Source: Phoronis australis (lineage: Eukaryota > Animalia > Phoronida). Taken from it: DNA of 64,000 nt. The translations under genes were made by a program, and so were the position numbers. Under the pieces are notes generated by a model, which made no database searches, was not told where the DNA came from, and saw nothing but the letters and a program-made list of their open reading frames with translations. Below are positions 22,614 to 35,800 of this stretch, piece after piece. The stretch covers positions 1,220,335 to 1,284,334 of the forward strand of contig NMRA01000039.1 in assembly GCA_002633005.1 (NCBI GenBank), read 5' to 3'. Every line of letters begins with the position of its first letter. Position 1 is the first letter of the stretch.

Positions 22614-24602
22614 TCATGCCTTGTTCTGGTTTTTGGGGTCATCAGGTGCCGTTGCATGTTGATACAGTTCGTACAGTTGACCTATTTGTTCATCCTTGAG
22701 CGATTCAATCTCCGCCTCGGATAATTGGCGACCCAGGTCTTGTTTTGCGACTCTTCTGCTCATCTGTTTAGCCAGGGTGAGATAGTAATTCTAAAACATA
22801 AATATATAGACACTGAGGTTGGACAATAGTGAATTATATCAAATAAACACAGAAAAATCAGGAGCCCCAACTGGGAATCGAACCACAAGTCTCTAGATTG
22901 CTGGTCTAATGCTCTTACCACTGAGCTACTGAGAACCCGATATCTGTGTAAGTACTGTTACATTAAATTTCACAAAGATCATCTAAGCTCTCAGGGGCGG
23001 ATCCAGGATTTTGAGTTGGGGGGGGGGGGGNNNTTAGCCAGGATTTTGCCTGTCAGACATTTGCACTCCTGAACAGCCAAATGGAATCTGGGAGAATTTG
23101 AGGGGCATGGCCCCCTTGGCCCCCCCTCTAAATCCGCCACTAGCTCTATGTACAAATCTGGTATTGACATCCTCCTAACATTCAAATGGCAAACATATCT
23201 TGATCCCTGAGTTCAAATAAAGCTAACTGTACAATGTGAACATCACTATTTGACCTAAAACAACCACTGCAAATAAATTAATCCTGCACTGCCGTCAGTA
23301 ATAGTCACTGACAAACACAAGGGTCTCGCATTTTGAGAACCAATTTTGCCAATTAAAAAGTGGACATCAAACTGGTTCTCAAAATCTGAGACCCCGGTGT
23401 GAACTGTTGGTCTGTTGTCAGTCATGAATTATGACTGCTGTCTACTAGTTGTTACTTTGTAATGCACAAAAGAGTTCAAGGTTATGGACCCTAGAAAAAT
23501 GTCCAAATTTGATCAAGTTTGGAACATCATATCTCAGAAACAGCCAATCAAATTCATATAAAACTTTCAAATACTGTGCTTTATGCACTGGTCTCCAAAC
23601 ACTCTTCGTTGTTTTTAAAATGTTCCACTTTTGCATGAGGATCCGAAATACATTGTGGTGAGCGGGGGAGCTCAAATTGCCAGGGACCACGGCCTGATTG
23701 GCATGGCTATGTAAAAATCAAAAACTTCTTCACATCTAAAAGGCAATTGCTGCTCTCTGTAGAGTTGTACAGTAAACCTCAGCAATTCTTCACGCACTTA
23801 GAGCACAATATGGCTGACAAGTGAAATTTTATTTTGTCACATTTTCCCACAGAAATAAAGACTAAAAATTTTACGTGATGATTAGCACGCTGTGTTTCTT
23901 AGTCACAGGTATGGGTTGGTACATGGTAAATGTCATAGAACAAAGGCCCCCATGGAAAGGAGTGAGAACTGATGGGGCTACCCTAATTGAAAATATTACA
24001 ATAATAAATAAATAAATATTTGGTAATGCTCCTATTATTTGCAGCACAGTAGTCACCCTTTGAAAAAATGTCAATTTTTGCAAACCTTTTAGTGCTAAAT
24101 ATGTGGAGAATTACCTCAAGTCAGAAGCGCACAAGTTAGAGTTTAAAGGTCAAAGCAGTGCTAATTACTTCATGGAAAAATCAAAAAACTTCTAATTAGT
24201 GGTGGTGAACCTTTCTGTAGAAGCAAGCAACAAACTCAGTTCATAGTTTTATCACGCGCAATTAGGAATGCAAACCCAAACAGAAGATGGCACTGGATGA
24301 ACTCTGAATTGGACTAAGTTGGGCAATACAATCGCTCCAGTTAATGTACTCAGATAAAATCATTCCGTTCAGTTGACTCTGACATGTCTGAGGTCTACAG
24401 TACAACATTCATCCGCTCTCCTTACAGTCCATTCTTCAAGGAAATGACCAGCCTCTGCTGGAGGTATGTCCTTGTGTCGTCTGAATTCGGCCTTGACATA
24501 GTCGTCGCCAAGTGCACGGCACTCTACTGGAAGTCCCCGATGTACTTTTAAAATGCCTTTGTAGAGCATCAGTACCATGCGAGCGTGATCAGTTCTTGGC
24601 AT
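22614..24602 (-). CDS. SDHAF3: Succinate dehydrogenase assembly factor 3 (ACN9, LYR-motif protein), 117 aa
   Basis: Exons 24602-24426 and 22790-22614 (phase 0, GTAAG...TTTTAG): MPRTDHARMVLMLYKGILKVHRGLPVECRALGDDYVKAEFRRHK...FLEEWT|NYYLTL...LGRQLSEAEIESLKDEQIGQLYEL...*. Hallmarks LGDxYVKxEFRRHK and EQIGQLYEL are present. Putative 5' UTR exon donor at 25727; AATAAA at 21196-21191. Confidence 0.95.
22861..22938 (-). mobile_element. tRNA-like sequence (AGC anticodon-like loop): SINE head or tRNA pseudogene in the SDHAF3 intron
   Basis: GGGTTCTCAGTAGCTCAGTGGTAAGAGCA-TTAGA CCAGCAA TCTAG-...GGTTCGATTCCC...GGGGCTCC. A and B boxes intact; T stem mismatched; C at position 33. Confidence 0.6.
22992..23142 (-). 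mobile_element. MITE family A, TSD GCTCT
   Basis: Reverse-orientation copy; GCTCT on both flanks. Confidence 0.85.
23296..23437. mobile_element. Small hairpin MITE
   Basis: GGGTCTCGCATTTTGAGAACCA / TGGTTCTCAAAATCTGAGACCC inverted arms. Confidence 0.6.
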
Positions 24603-25727
24603 GGTGCTAAACCAGAAGGTACTGTTGTCACAGCGAGTCACATCTGCACTACAAAAAGAGATATGAATAAAATTGAAATTGCCAGAGAGAAGATGGGCCT
24701 CATTTCAATAAAAAAGAATAAGCTGTGGACATAATTTTTATAATTTCAATCACAAAGTTGACACTGGATAGCACAGGTTACCTACACTTAGATTTTGGGC
24801 TTAGTCCTGTGCAACTTTTTTCTTAAGATTAAGAAGGAAACAATGATCTGAGACTGCAATACCTTAGTCGCAGATCCACATTTTTACCACGGCTTGAAGC
24901 TTAACCACCTATGGGGGGCCCCTTACAACCAGGAAAGTCCCAGGAAAAGCTGCATAATTAATCTAGGCTGTCAAATCACCCCTTAATCGCCTCCCAAGTA
25001 GGTCAATGACACTTATAGCTAGTGCCAATATCTTTATGAAACTGGTTTCAAACCACACATACACTGCAACCCACAATGATATGGAGACATTACTGAGGAG
25101 GTGGGGCCTCTATTTTGTGGAGAGGAGCTGTGCGAAATGTTAGCAATGATATGGTTAATTTTATGGGAATTCCAGCAATGAGGCCGTTCGGGTACTGACG
25201 CCTGTAAGCTTTTTAGGCTTCTTTAGCTTATAGTAAATCTGTCAATATCATGGTGTAAAATAAAGAGTCTTCTCTTGATCAGTCACTTTAGTAGTTGCAC
25301 TTTGGGAGGCTAGTTCAGATGCTGGACTATTGTGCCAGAGACCCCTATTTGATCCCCGAAAGGCAGAACCAAGAACCAGTATGTAGTCCTCAGTTTTTCA
25401 TGGGCATCTTAAAACAAATATCAACCATCTGATCAAATAGAAGATGTCAGTATTGGAGATCAATGACCTCTGTTATGTACGATGTAAACAAGAGAAAACT
25501 GGAGGGCAATAATAATCTCCCGGACATTTTAATTGTCGAGTGTCAGCTGGCTAGCGTCAAAATTATACAGCTAGCGTTGCTCTTCACAGACCCTACACAG
25601 AGACAGACACTAGTCGCACTTTCCAAACGGTCTCGTCCGGGAATGTGTAGTCGTCCCTCGCGTCGTAGCATTGCACGCTTTCTAGATCTCAGTATGAGCG
25701 TTCACGCTTTTCTCAACCATTTCTTAC

Positions 25728-25930
25728 CATTAAATTGGCTCAATAATTATGGAAGGGCGACATCAACAACAACAACCACAGCTGTAGAACTTCTACGTTA
25801 TACATAAAACCGGAAGCAGCTGTTCGACTAGTGACGTCTATCGGGTGGCGGCTTTCTCTGCTGTGCGTGAACTTGGAATCCTGCTTGATCCCAAGATCGC
25901 ATATGCGTGAACTTGGAATTAGATTATCAG
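25728..25930. promoter_or_regulatory. Putative bidirectional promoter between SDHAF3 and the orphan gene
   Basis: Minus-strand donor at 25727 and plus-strand donor CAG|GTAACT at 25931 are ~200 bp apart. Between them lie CCGGAAG (ETS-like) and GTGACGTC (CRE-like) motifs and a 16-bp direct repeat TGCGTGAACTTGGAAT (25864, 25904). Confidence 0.5.
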
Positions 25931-26075
25931 GTAACTTATGTCAAATAATCGGAGAAATATGTGCATAGTTAAATCGATCGTTTGGTGAATAAGGTCGCCA
26001 CTAGTTCGTACATTTGTAGTTCATAGTGTTTTTACATATTTCCGCTCCTCTTGAGAAATCACTGATGTATCTCTT

Positions 26076-26417
26076 CATGCGCGCACCCAGCATAAAAAAT
26101 AGGGGAGGGGGGGAGGCTCGAATTTTTGAGAAGGTGGATCTTTTACTAAAAACGGGTTACGTCTAGGCCTATGAATTGTACCGCAGTTCGCCGAATCCTG
26201 CCTTTTTAGTGGACTTTTATATCGTGTTCTACCTTTTCGGACTTTTTGTTTCTCCGTCTGTGGCGAACCATTTTGCCCCCTTCGCCAAATGGGGGGGGGG
26301 AGGGGGCTGGGTGCGCTCGGTCAGCGATGTGTCGTCTCGCCTCCGGAAGCCTACCCAGGTCAATCTATTTTTTCTCAGTTCGTGTGGACTAATCCGATAT
26401 TTCCTATAGCGCGCGTG
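26076..26417 (+). mobile_element. MITE family B (CATGCGCGCACCCAG terminus)
   Basis: Same terminus and core at ~4790-4911, 17280, 59174-59434 and ~62020-62085; flanks CTCTT/ATCTT. Confidence 0.7.
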
Positions 26418-29400
26418 ATCTTTACCAGTCTGCCAGTCTGTAGTATATGTAACATGATGTAACTTAAAATAGGTCCATTGCAATTATCCAACACATATTG
26501 CTTGCCGTATCATGTATTTGCAGATATGGTTGGTATTCTCTCCATGCCTTCCTCCCTCCATCCTCAGTCCCCCCCCCCNNNNNNNNNNNNNNNNNCGGCC
26601 TCGGCACAGTGAAGGTTCGCCAAGAATCGGTAGCCCAGGTTAGTGTTGAAAGGCCCAAAACATACTGTGTATCCCATTCAAAATTCACCGCCTATTACAA
26701 GCATAGCTGACTTGATTCGGCGGTTACCCTATAAATAGACAAGTAATACTGAAAGAGCATTTACTGTTAAAGCATTGATTTGAAACTCGCGAAGCCAAGA
26801 CTAAACGATAACTAAGGTCACGGGCCAAAATGACTAACAGCAACTTCTTTACCAGTCCAAAATCGCTCAATTCTATTCCAAATAAGGAACTAATTGAGAC
26901 CAAAGGTAAGTTCAGTGATCTAATTCCTGAACTAATCACCCTCAAGGGACTCCACCGTATTTGATGCCACCCACGACCCAGTCCAAACTTAGTTGAAACA
27001 CGACAATGCAATTAAACTGAAAGATTTACATTTTGATTTTTAAACATATATTCAAGAAATCTTTTGACCTACGTCTAACCTTTTTATGTATCGCCTAGTA
27101 AACCATCACAAAAAGTATAGTCGTGAACCTTGATTTACACTGTCCTTAGCACCTAATCAGGGATTTGAAACCTGTGACAGGTTTACATCAAAAGATTTGA
27201 AGTTCACTAAAACCGTCACACTGACCATATTGTTAACTAAGACTTTAAAGAAACAAGCAAATGCTCCTTTGAACCATTGTTTAGATACAAGGCACACAAA
27301 AGTGCTTGTCACGGCGAGTCATTCTATCCACTGAGCATGATCTCACGGAATGGTGAAGTGTAAACTCGTCTCATCCGAATAAAAAAGAATTTGAGACAAA
27401 TTATACATCGACAAGGACTGATTGACGCGAGTTTATGGCCACTTTCATAGTAAAACAACAGAATTGTTTCCACTTCGGCAGGTATGCCGCAAATATAAAA
27501 TGACTGCGCGTGCACCAGTCAAACCATTACAAAATTAAAGATGCATAGACTCGTTAAATTGTGAATATGCAAATGAAGTACTAATTTACAAACAACCTCG
27601 GGTCCTCTAGCGTGCCGGAAACCATCCGAGAACCAGTTACCATTACAATTTCGCGAAAGTCTCATTTTCGAGACTAGTTTTATGTAAATCAAAGCCGGTC
27701 TCTGTGTAAATGAGCATGTTAATATTTCATTGTTACTCTAATGAAACAAAGCACAGTTTTTATTATTTATTTATTTCACTATGAAATAACGATTGCGTAA
27801 TATTTGAAATTATTAGTTTTTTATATGTTAATATTTTAAGTGTATCAGTTGTAGTGTTTTTTAAAACCTCAATTTATTTACTTTTTTCTGATTATACTTA
27901 TACTCACAGTTCTCCAGGAAGTCACTAGGTGGCGCTTGCTATATATTTGAATATTCACGGTTTTAATGAGGCATAGCTATTTTAATAGACATACATTTCA
28001 GGTAACTTTACGTACACAAAAATGTTTTTGATATGAGTTTGTGTTCGTTATTGTGTGATAATGACACCCCTAGCCAGTCTCAGATTAAGGTCTCTCGGCA
28101 TTCCCAAGTCCGAGAGCCCCGGTCATTTGAGTAGCCTCACTCGGTCGCAACCCCTATTGCCGAATGTTACCAAATTAAAAAGGCAGAACCACTGTGACTG
28201 CGAGGTGGAGTTTCACTACATCGAAGGACGTGATCAACAGTGATCTATGAATTATTCACGTAGTAGGTTTACATTTGCAAGTTTAATTCCAGCTTTAATT
28301 CTAACAACTGCCAAATATTAAAAAATGCGGCACATACGCCCCTAATGATATCATGCATGTAAACAAGAACCATGTGAAAGAACGCACGTTTGCGAAGCCA
28401 TTATCATGCTTCGTCATCGAAGAGCAAAATGGAAAAGAAATTATGTGAGAAATTTCTGAATGTGGTTTGCACACGCAAAATCACGAAACAAGCGCGTGAT
28501 GTTTAATTGTTCATTCTGAAACGCAAAAGGTTAGTCATTGTTTTTGAGAAATTAAAGAAGAGTGCAAACCGTTATCGAAAAATAAGGTAAAACTAATTCT
28601 TGATTGATTTTACATTTTATCTTGATGTTTTTCATACTGAAATGAAACGAAGCTCAGTTTTTCTATTCATTTTAATACTTATTGCCAAATTTAAGTTTTG
28701 TAGATTTGTACTTCCATAAATGAGAAACTAAAGCCTGTAATCTTTTCTAAGTTTATTTTATATCCGATTCAGGAGTTCAAACAATGAAGAATAATAGAGA
28801 CGATTGCTTCCGATCAAAATAACAAAAACATGTACAAGGAAAGCAACAAAGAAATACGAACAAATAGATGACATAATTCATAATTTATACAGTTACAGTT
28901 ACATCTGGTACGAGGCCACGTTTCATCGGAAGGCATATGTACAAAAGGACAATGTTGCAGGCATTATAATTACTTCACTCACAGATTTTCAAAATGTTTC
29001 GAAGGGCTTTTCAAATTCAGGAAGGCAGGAGGCCGCTGACTGTGCTTAGGCTGTACTGGAATTACTCCGCCGGTTCAGCCAGGTTAATCGGCACATGATT
29101 GGTTTTTAAGTCGGAAGCCGTAACTGATAACCAATCAGATACGTCGTAGTCTGTTGTCCCGGCTGAACGGGTAAATTGAATCATGTGTAGCCTTTAGTTA
29201 TGTTGCCACAGTAAGATTTGTGGGAAACAGTTTGCTCTGAGTGAAATAGGAAAATACAGATATGTGAACTCGAACTCGAATTCCAACTTATCTTTGATAT
29301 TTTCTGTTCTACATCTACTCCAGTAGGAATTGAAATTGTACTTTAATTTTGGTCTCGAGTACATTGTGATTTGCACAGGGCCCTGTTGCATGAAAGTTTT

Positions 29401-29858
29401 ACGCTGGATAGCAACAATGACGTCGCATTATCACACGTCACGTTACTATTATTGAAGGATGCGCGTATAAGTTTTGAAGTTTCGTACAACCGACCTCAAA
29501 TGAGTTTATAATCCAAGTTCGCACTTGATGGCCCTAGAATAAAAACTACAAGTTCGAGAATTTGAACTCGACCGCTAACGTAGGTAATGTACTGATTGAT
29601 TTCGAGCTTAGAAAATAGATTTTGGACCTTAGAGTCTTTACTTTGAAAAGGGTTTTACTTTGAAAAGGTCACTTTACCTTTTCCATATCGTGGAGCTGCA
29701 TGAATGTAAACCTTCTTTTTCGCCTTTTTCTAGCTTCAGTCCCATAGTCAACCACGTTGGAGATTGTGTAGGATTTTTGGTAGCATCCATCAACAGCACT
29801 TTAAGCCTTTCACCACCTTGCGTTCGCAGCTCAATTTCTAGTTTCTGCGGTTTAGACA

Positions 29859-32800
29859 ATGACGACATCTACAGTTTCTCCGAACTGGTTCGAGAGCCAC
29901 GAAAATGCTAGTTTAATATCGATTGAAAATATGGACGAGCTGGAACATGATATTCAGGAATTGGTTAGCAAAGTCATTCGAAATGTCACTATTGAGTGCG
30001 CGCGCCATTTTGAAAATGCGTCGAAGACTCTCGATTCGAACAGTGGCGATTTTTACGTTCAAGAAAAAGGCGACTGGCAGCACAGAGCGGTTACACGTGA
30101 CGATATATTTTTGGGATGCGACCCTGAGCAGTCGTTTGAGTCAGGAGACCATTTGCAGACGAAAAGCGAACCATGCACGCCGTCAGAAAGTAAACGTAAA
30201 CAAAAGAAAGACCTCAACAAGAGTACATCGGTTTTACCCGACTATCAGCCGTCATCCTCTAAAGCAGGAAATGGTCGCACAGATTGCTCAAACAGTATTT
30301 CGGAGTCGAGCATCGAAAGCGCGCGAGCTCGCCACTACGTTCGCATAAGCCCACGCCGTAAAGACCAGTCAACGCCAACTTCCCCAAGAAGCACTGCCCA
30401 CGTTGAAGAAGGGGTCGCCGAAATCAGTAGATTGATGCAGAACGCTGCTAGTTTCGGGTTTACGAGAGGCCAAGCGCAAGAGAGTGTACCGTCAACGTCT
30501 GAGATACCGAGCTACATTCGCCTTCACGATTTGCCACGGGAGGAGAAGCTGAAACAATTCTCCAAAGACTATTACATATTTCCTATTGGTGAGAAGTTTT
30601 CTTCTTTTGGAAAACCACCAGAAATACGACAAAAAAATTTAAACGAGTTTTGACTTGTAGACGTGCAACTTTTGATTCTCGAATACAGGTAGGTAGCGGC
30701 ATGTACACAATTCAACATTCAACGCGAAGTGCTAAAACAGTGCTTTGACAATATCTGAGGTTCGTTACACAACTGTATATTTTTTACCGTGTACAACCAA
30801 CTGCCTCGCACTCCCAACGCCCTACTCCTTCTATAACTCTTCACCAGTGCCTTTGCAAGTCACTTTGTCAATCTTGGAATTGTTGTTTGTCGGGCTGTAC
30901 ATTTTATTGAAAGTATTCTAAACTCTCTTTTTGTGATTTCAGCCAACCCTCTTTGTATATTTCGCTCACCTGAGTGATGGGAGCAATATTCAGCTACCAG
31001 CACTTACTCACAGTTTCATAAAATGGATGATGTGTTTTTAGTGGCTGGTCTTTCCCCATAGTTGTCGTGAAACTTGCCTAAAGCGTCAGTCACACTTTCC
31101 AGTTTTGCATTTTGCAATGAGTTTCCAAGTCTGTTCTGAGCTTTGAGGGTTGTCTATGGTAACATAGCATTATTTTATTTGGGGAGTTAGATGAGGAAGT
31201 CTTTGTTGATGTCTGTTAGTTTAGGCTAAAATAAGATTCATTATCCTTTTAACATGAGCTGTTGCCGACAGAAAATGTTTGCGACATAGACTTTACAGTA
31301 CAGAGTTCGACTTTGTCTCTTTTACCATAATTTTCCCGCAGCTACTATAAAAGACATGACTCCTTTCATCCGGGATACCGAGCAGTACAGCGGTCGGTTG
31401 CCCTACCAGACGACCGAATTGACTTCCGTCCGCGATTTGATTGCAGCAGGTGTCAAAACGACAGGTAACTTATCTTATGATTAGACCGAACATAGGCTTC
31501 ATTAAAGTTTTTGACAGGATAAAGTAAACCGTCAAATACATTGCAATTCGATCTGGTGGTGCAGTCTACATATTATGCTAGTAAAAAAAAAAAACAATAA
31601 AAAGCGTCGGACGCTAATTTCGACAAAAGTGTGGTCAAAATTGTTAGGAACGCCGACATACAAGCGCCATAAGTTATAATTCCGACGGAGGCTATGAAAT
31701 GACGTGCAGTGTACGTTGTTTATAATAAAAATGAACCGACGTCGTTGCTTATGTCTACTTGAAGAAGGGGAAATAGATCGAATGCGCAACCCAAAATCCA
31801 CCTCGCCCGACGTACCGAAGAAACCAAGTGGCAAGCAGAGAAAAAGCAGAAAAGAGGAGCGGCGGAAACAGTCGAAGAAAGTCGACGGCGACGCGCCGAA
31901 GAAAGCCGCGGCGAAAAGTTTGGACGTCTTCGGCGTGCGAGATCCACGCGGCGAGTACGCGGAGATGTTCATGATTCCTGTCCATAAATATTTGTAAGTG
32001 AGATGGTAGACCCAACAGCACACAGTAGCTGCTATGATACAGCTTTCACATGCTGTCCGATGAGAAGTCTATATGACGTGAAAGCTCGTCAAACGTCTGA
32101 TCAGCCTTGTACTTTATTCTCCGCCCTTAATCCGATGGTATTGTTGCCTTCTTAATACCGTTAGAAGGCTACATTCCAACGTCATAATCTGTGGTTAGGC
32201 TATCTTCCTCCATGATCATTGCACGTAATTGGTCAGAATGTTAATAAAATGCTGTGCTAATTAGTCATGACTACAGATAGGTGGCCAATGAAAACGTCCT
32301 TTCTAAGCGGCTGGTCTGCTTTCTGGTCAGAATTTCAGTTCTGCCTTCTCGTTAAATTTCAAACTGTGAAGGCGGTGTTAGTACCACTAATCATGATCTC
32401 TTCAGTTTAGGTAAAGAATGGCAACGTGCAACCATGTCGAGCATAGGTGCTGGAAATTAGTTTTTGTTGTTTGAGAGCAGCATTTACGGCCCACAGGCTT
32501 GAACGGATACGATGCTTTTTTAACAGGTCTCATAAATTTTGTTTCCTATATTTGTCATCGGTGAAGAGTGTAGGAAATTGAATATTGGATAAGAAATGTC
32601 CATAGTCAACCAAAAAGTACATTTATGGATTACTGCCTCAAAAATGACGTCACACCCAGGAATCTACTCATTCCGCTTCATGAAGTGATTTTAACGCAAA
32701 TTATGAGCTCAGTCAGTCGAAACTTAAGCTCAAATAATGCTCATTCAACAAAACTAGAAATATTTTAAAACTTAACGAAATCTAACATGACTAGTTTGCA

Positions 32801-35800
32801 CCACCACCAAAAAAATGACTGCCGTAGTGAGTGATACCTGACTTTACCGGCATTATGAATACTCACTCAACTAACACCATGTCTAATGAGGCTCCGCCGA
32901 ATGCCCGACCACTTCCTAAACTCATGCGGTTGTATTTTCATCCCAGGACCGTTCTGTCAGAACACATGTCCACGTACAAGAAGGATTTGCACAACTTCTA
33001 CAACGCTCAAATGGAGAACCTCGAGACGTCGAATCTAAATTACCTGAAAGAATTTCTCAAGAAAAGCAGTGAGTGCGTTAATAAATTGAAGTCTAGACAG
33101 ATCCCCCTACTGTGCTGCCTCCTCTCGGCGAGACTCGCATGCATAATTTATGTAGTGTGTTAGGCTCGACCGCAACAAAATGTGGTTATCTCTAACCCGG
33201 GATGGGGTGTAGGGTTAACGTAACCGACCTCATTACCAACGGTCACACTACGCCATTCAAATACATTTTAAAATGCTAAGTTCTTTAATCCATGAAACCA
33301 CATATATTTAGAACCACTGGTGAGCACAGAAACAAGTCACGGGTCAAAAATGATGGTCGAACGTTTGCAGTCGCTAGTCTTTTCTAAAAAGTATCATTTT
33401 ACGGATATAATGATAACTTTCGTAGTACAATAATATCGAAGCGTCATTTGTTTGCTGCACCCTAACGTCGTTTTTGTTTTCCATTTCTTGCTTCTGATTT
33501 GACCAAAAACTAACATTAACTGTAACTTCCGAAACATGACTTCCACAGGAAACTTGCAAAATCATGTTCATTAACCGAGGTCGAATCTTTGTAGTCGAAA
33601 ACGAACTCGAAATTATTTTCGGCATTTTCCGTTCTGATTTTGTGCGAACTCAAGATAAGTGTCTATTAGGCTGTGCTCGAGTACATTATGATTTACGCAG
33701 ACGAGATTCTAGTCCAAGTTCCGACTTGATGACCTCTAAATTCGAGCTAGTACAAACTTCAGTAAAAACTTGAGATTTCTAGTTAAGACTTCAATTTCTA
33801 ATCTCAATGCTGGGGTCATTAAGTGCAAACTAGGATTTGATAGTTATTCATGTAGGCCATTATGTAGGCCTACTCGAGCATAGAATAGACACTTATCTTG
33901 AATTCACTAAGAAGTAGAATAGAAAACGCCAAAAATAATTTGAAGTTAGATTACGACTAAAAAGTTTATCCCGTGGGCCTGGCTAACGTACTTAATTTGC
34001 CATCGCCGACAATGTCGTCGATAGAAAATCGTTTCGTGCGCACTGGTTCACGATAGTTGTCAGAGAATACCAATTATGTTTGTTTAATTCAAAAGCAGAC
34101 GTCATGTAACGCATTGTCATATCGTCTGCGCGTCATGCCGATTATTTGTCATGACTGAAGTCAAAATTATAACAAATGAATACTATGCCAAAGCGGAAAA
34201 AGTTCCAGAACAGATATTTTATATGCAATATTTAAAAACAGGCCGAAACATTATTTTTACTCTGCAGGACCTAAAATAAATACCTCAAAAACAGAATTTT
34301 CACTTATGCAAGAATGAAAAACAGTCTAAAACATTATTTTCACTCTGCAAAACCAAAACAAAAACAACTTAAGACCAAAATTTATCACGTCAGGACTGAA
34401 AATGAAACGCCTCATGACCAAAATTTAAGACGCCAAGATTTAAAAGTTAATACGTCAGGACCGAAACTTCATCACGCCAGGGCCGAAAAATTTTCGCGAC
34501 AAAAACCTGTGTGCACGGACTTGAAAAGCGTCTGTATTTTGAAGCCACTTAGCCCGAGAACTGAGTTGTCAAAAATGAAGACTTCCGATTTTTTGCGGAA
34601 TGTTAATTATGAAAGACTTCAAATGAAAGTTCTTAGGCTAAAAGGCCTAAAAGAAAGTCCCAGGCACGTTTTCATCAGAATGAATAAACAGCTAGTAATT
34701 GCAAGTTCATGGCTATAATTTTCGCATTTGTGAAAGTTATGGCGATATCCGTTGCAAAACGATTTTTAGAATAAACACGATCACATGACTACAAACGTTC
34801 AGGTACTATTTCTATGTGTGTAATTTGTTTTTTTTTTCATCAAATGAAGGATTTAAAAGCGCCTACAAAGCATGTTCTGGTGTAAAAAACATTACATTTC
34901 TCCACAAGCCTGAGCGTATTTGCCTTTCCAAAGCAACGTCATGGTGTTCTTATCCTTAGTTTGAATTGAAATTGTTTTCATTAAATTCGGGGATTCCCCT
35001 GACGACAATACTGCCTTGAGGGCGGAAACTAATCCGCTGTGACAAGCAAACGTAGTGGACGTGGCCTAGAGCAAAAACGACCTGTCTGTTTTTCAGAAGC
35101 CTGGATTTCTAATTTGGGTAAATGATGAGACAGATTTTATTGCAGTAATTGGCTTAAATTATTAGTGGGTTTTGATCAGAAGGCCCAGGTTTATTGCCCC
35201 TTTTTCATGGACAGGTACATAGTATTTTAAAAAAATGTCTGAAAATGTGACAGTTGGTAACCAAGGTAGTCGGTTACCTTACACAATCGACTATTTCTTG
35301 GACAAGAATATCTGAAGATAAAGTTATCTGGTGGGGATTTGAAATACCTACATATACCCTGTCGTATTTTTCGCAGATGAAAAATTTGTCCTCTCCAATG
35401 CTCCTTTTTCATTCCTCCCTAATCCCGCCATGTGGCGTGACTGTTTTCACTCAGGCGGTTGCCGAATGGAAGCGTTATCAAAACAGTGTGTCCCTAGTCA
35501 CACAGGCGGATCATGCCTTCAGGAGGGATAGAAGGCAGCAATTTATTGGTTAAAGTTTAAATACATCTTGGGTGTTCCCAGTTTTCTATCCAATGAGGAC
35601 TGAGACACCAGACTCTGTATTAACTTATTGTTTTTGAAATTAGTGCCTATTGGGTATTATTTCTGACTTAACCATTTCTTCATGAGCTAATTATCAATTC
35701 AAGGAAAAACCAGGAAGCGTGTTAACTTTGTAGTGGTTGTTGTAGTAACATTTGAAAGGTTATAGGAGATGTTCTTTCATGAAATATTGTGTGTTTGTTT

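Noticed and set aside
22861-22938. Functional tRNA-Ala(AGC) gene
   Set aside because: Mismatched T stem, C instead of U33 and an irregular acceptor stem; better explained as a SINE head or pseudogene.
31532-32023. 163-aa minus-strand ORF and other antisense ORFs over exons (also 40636-41229, 57456-57878)
   Set aside because: They are shadows of real coding exons on the opposite strand, with no independent motifs.
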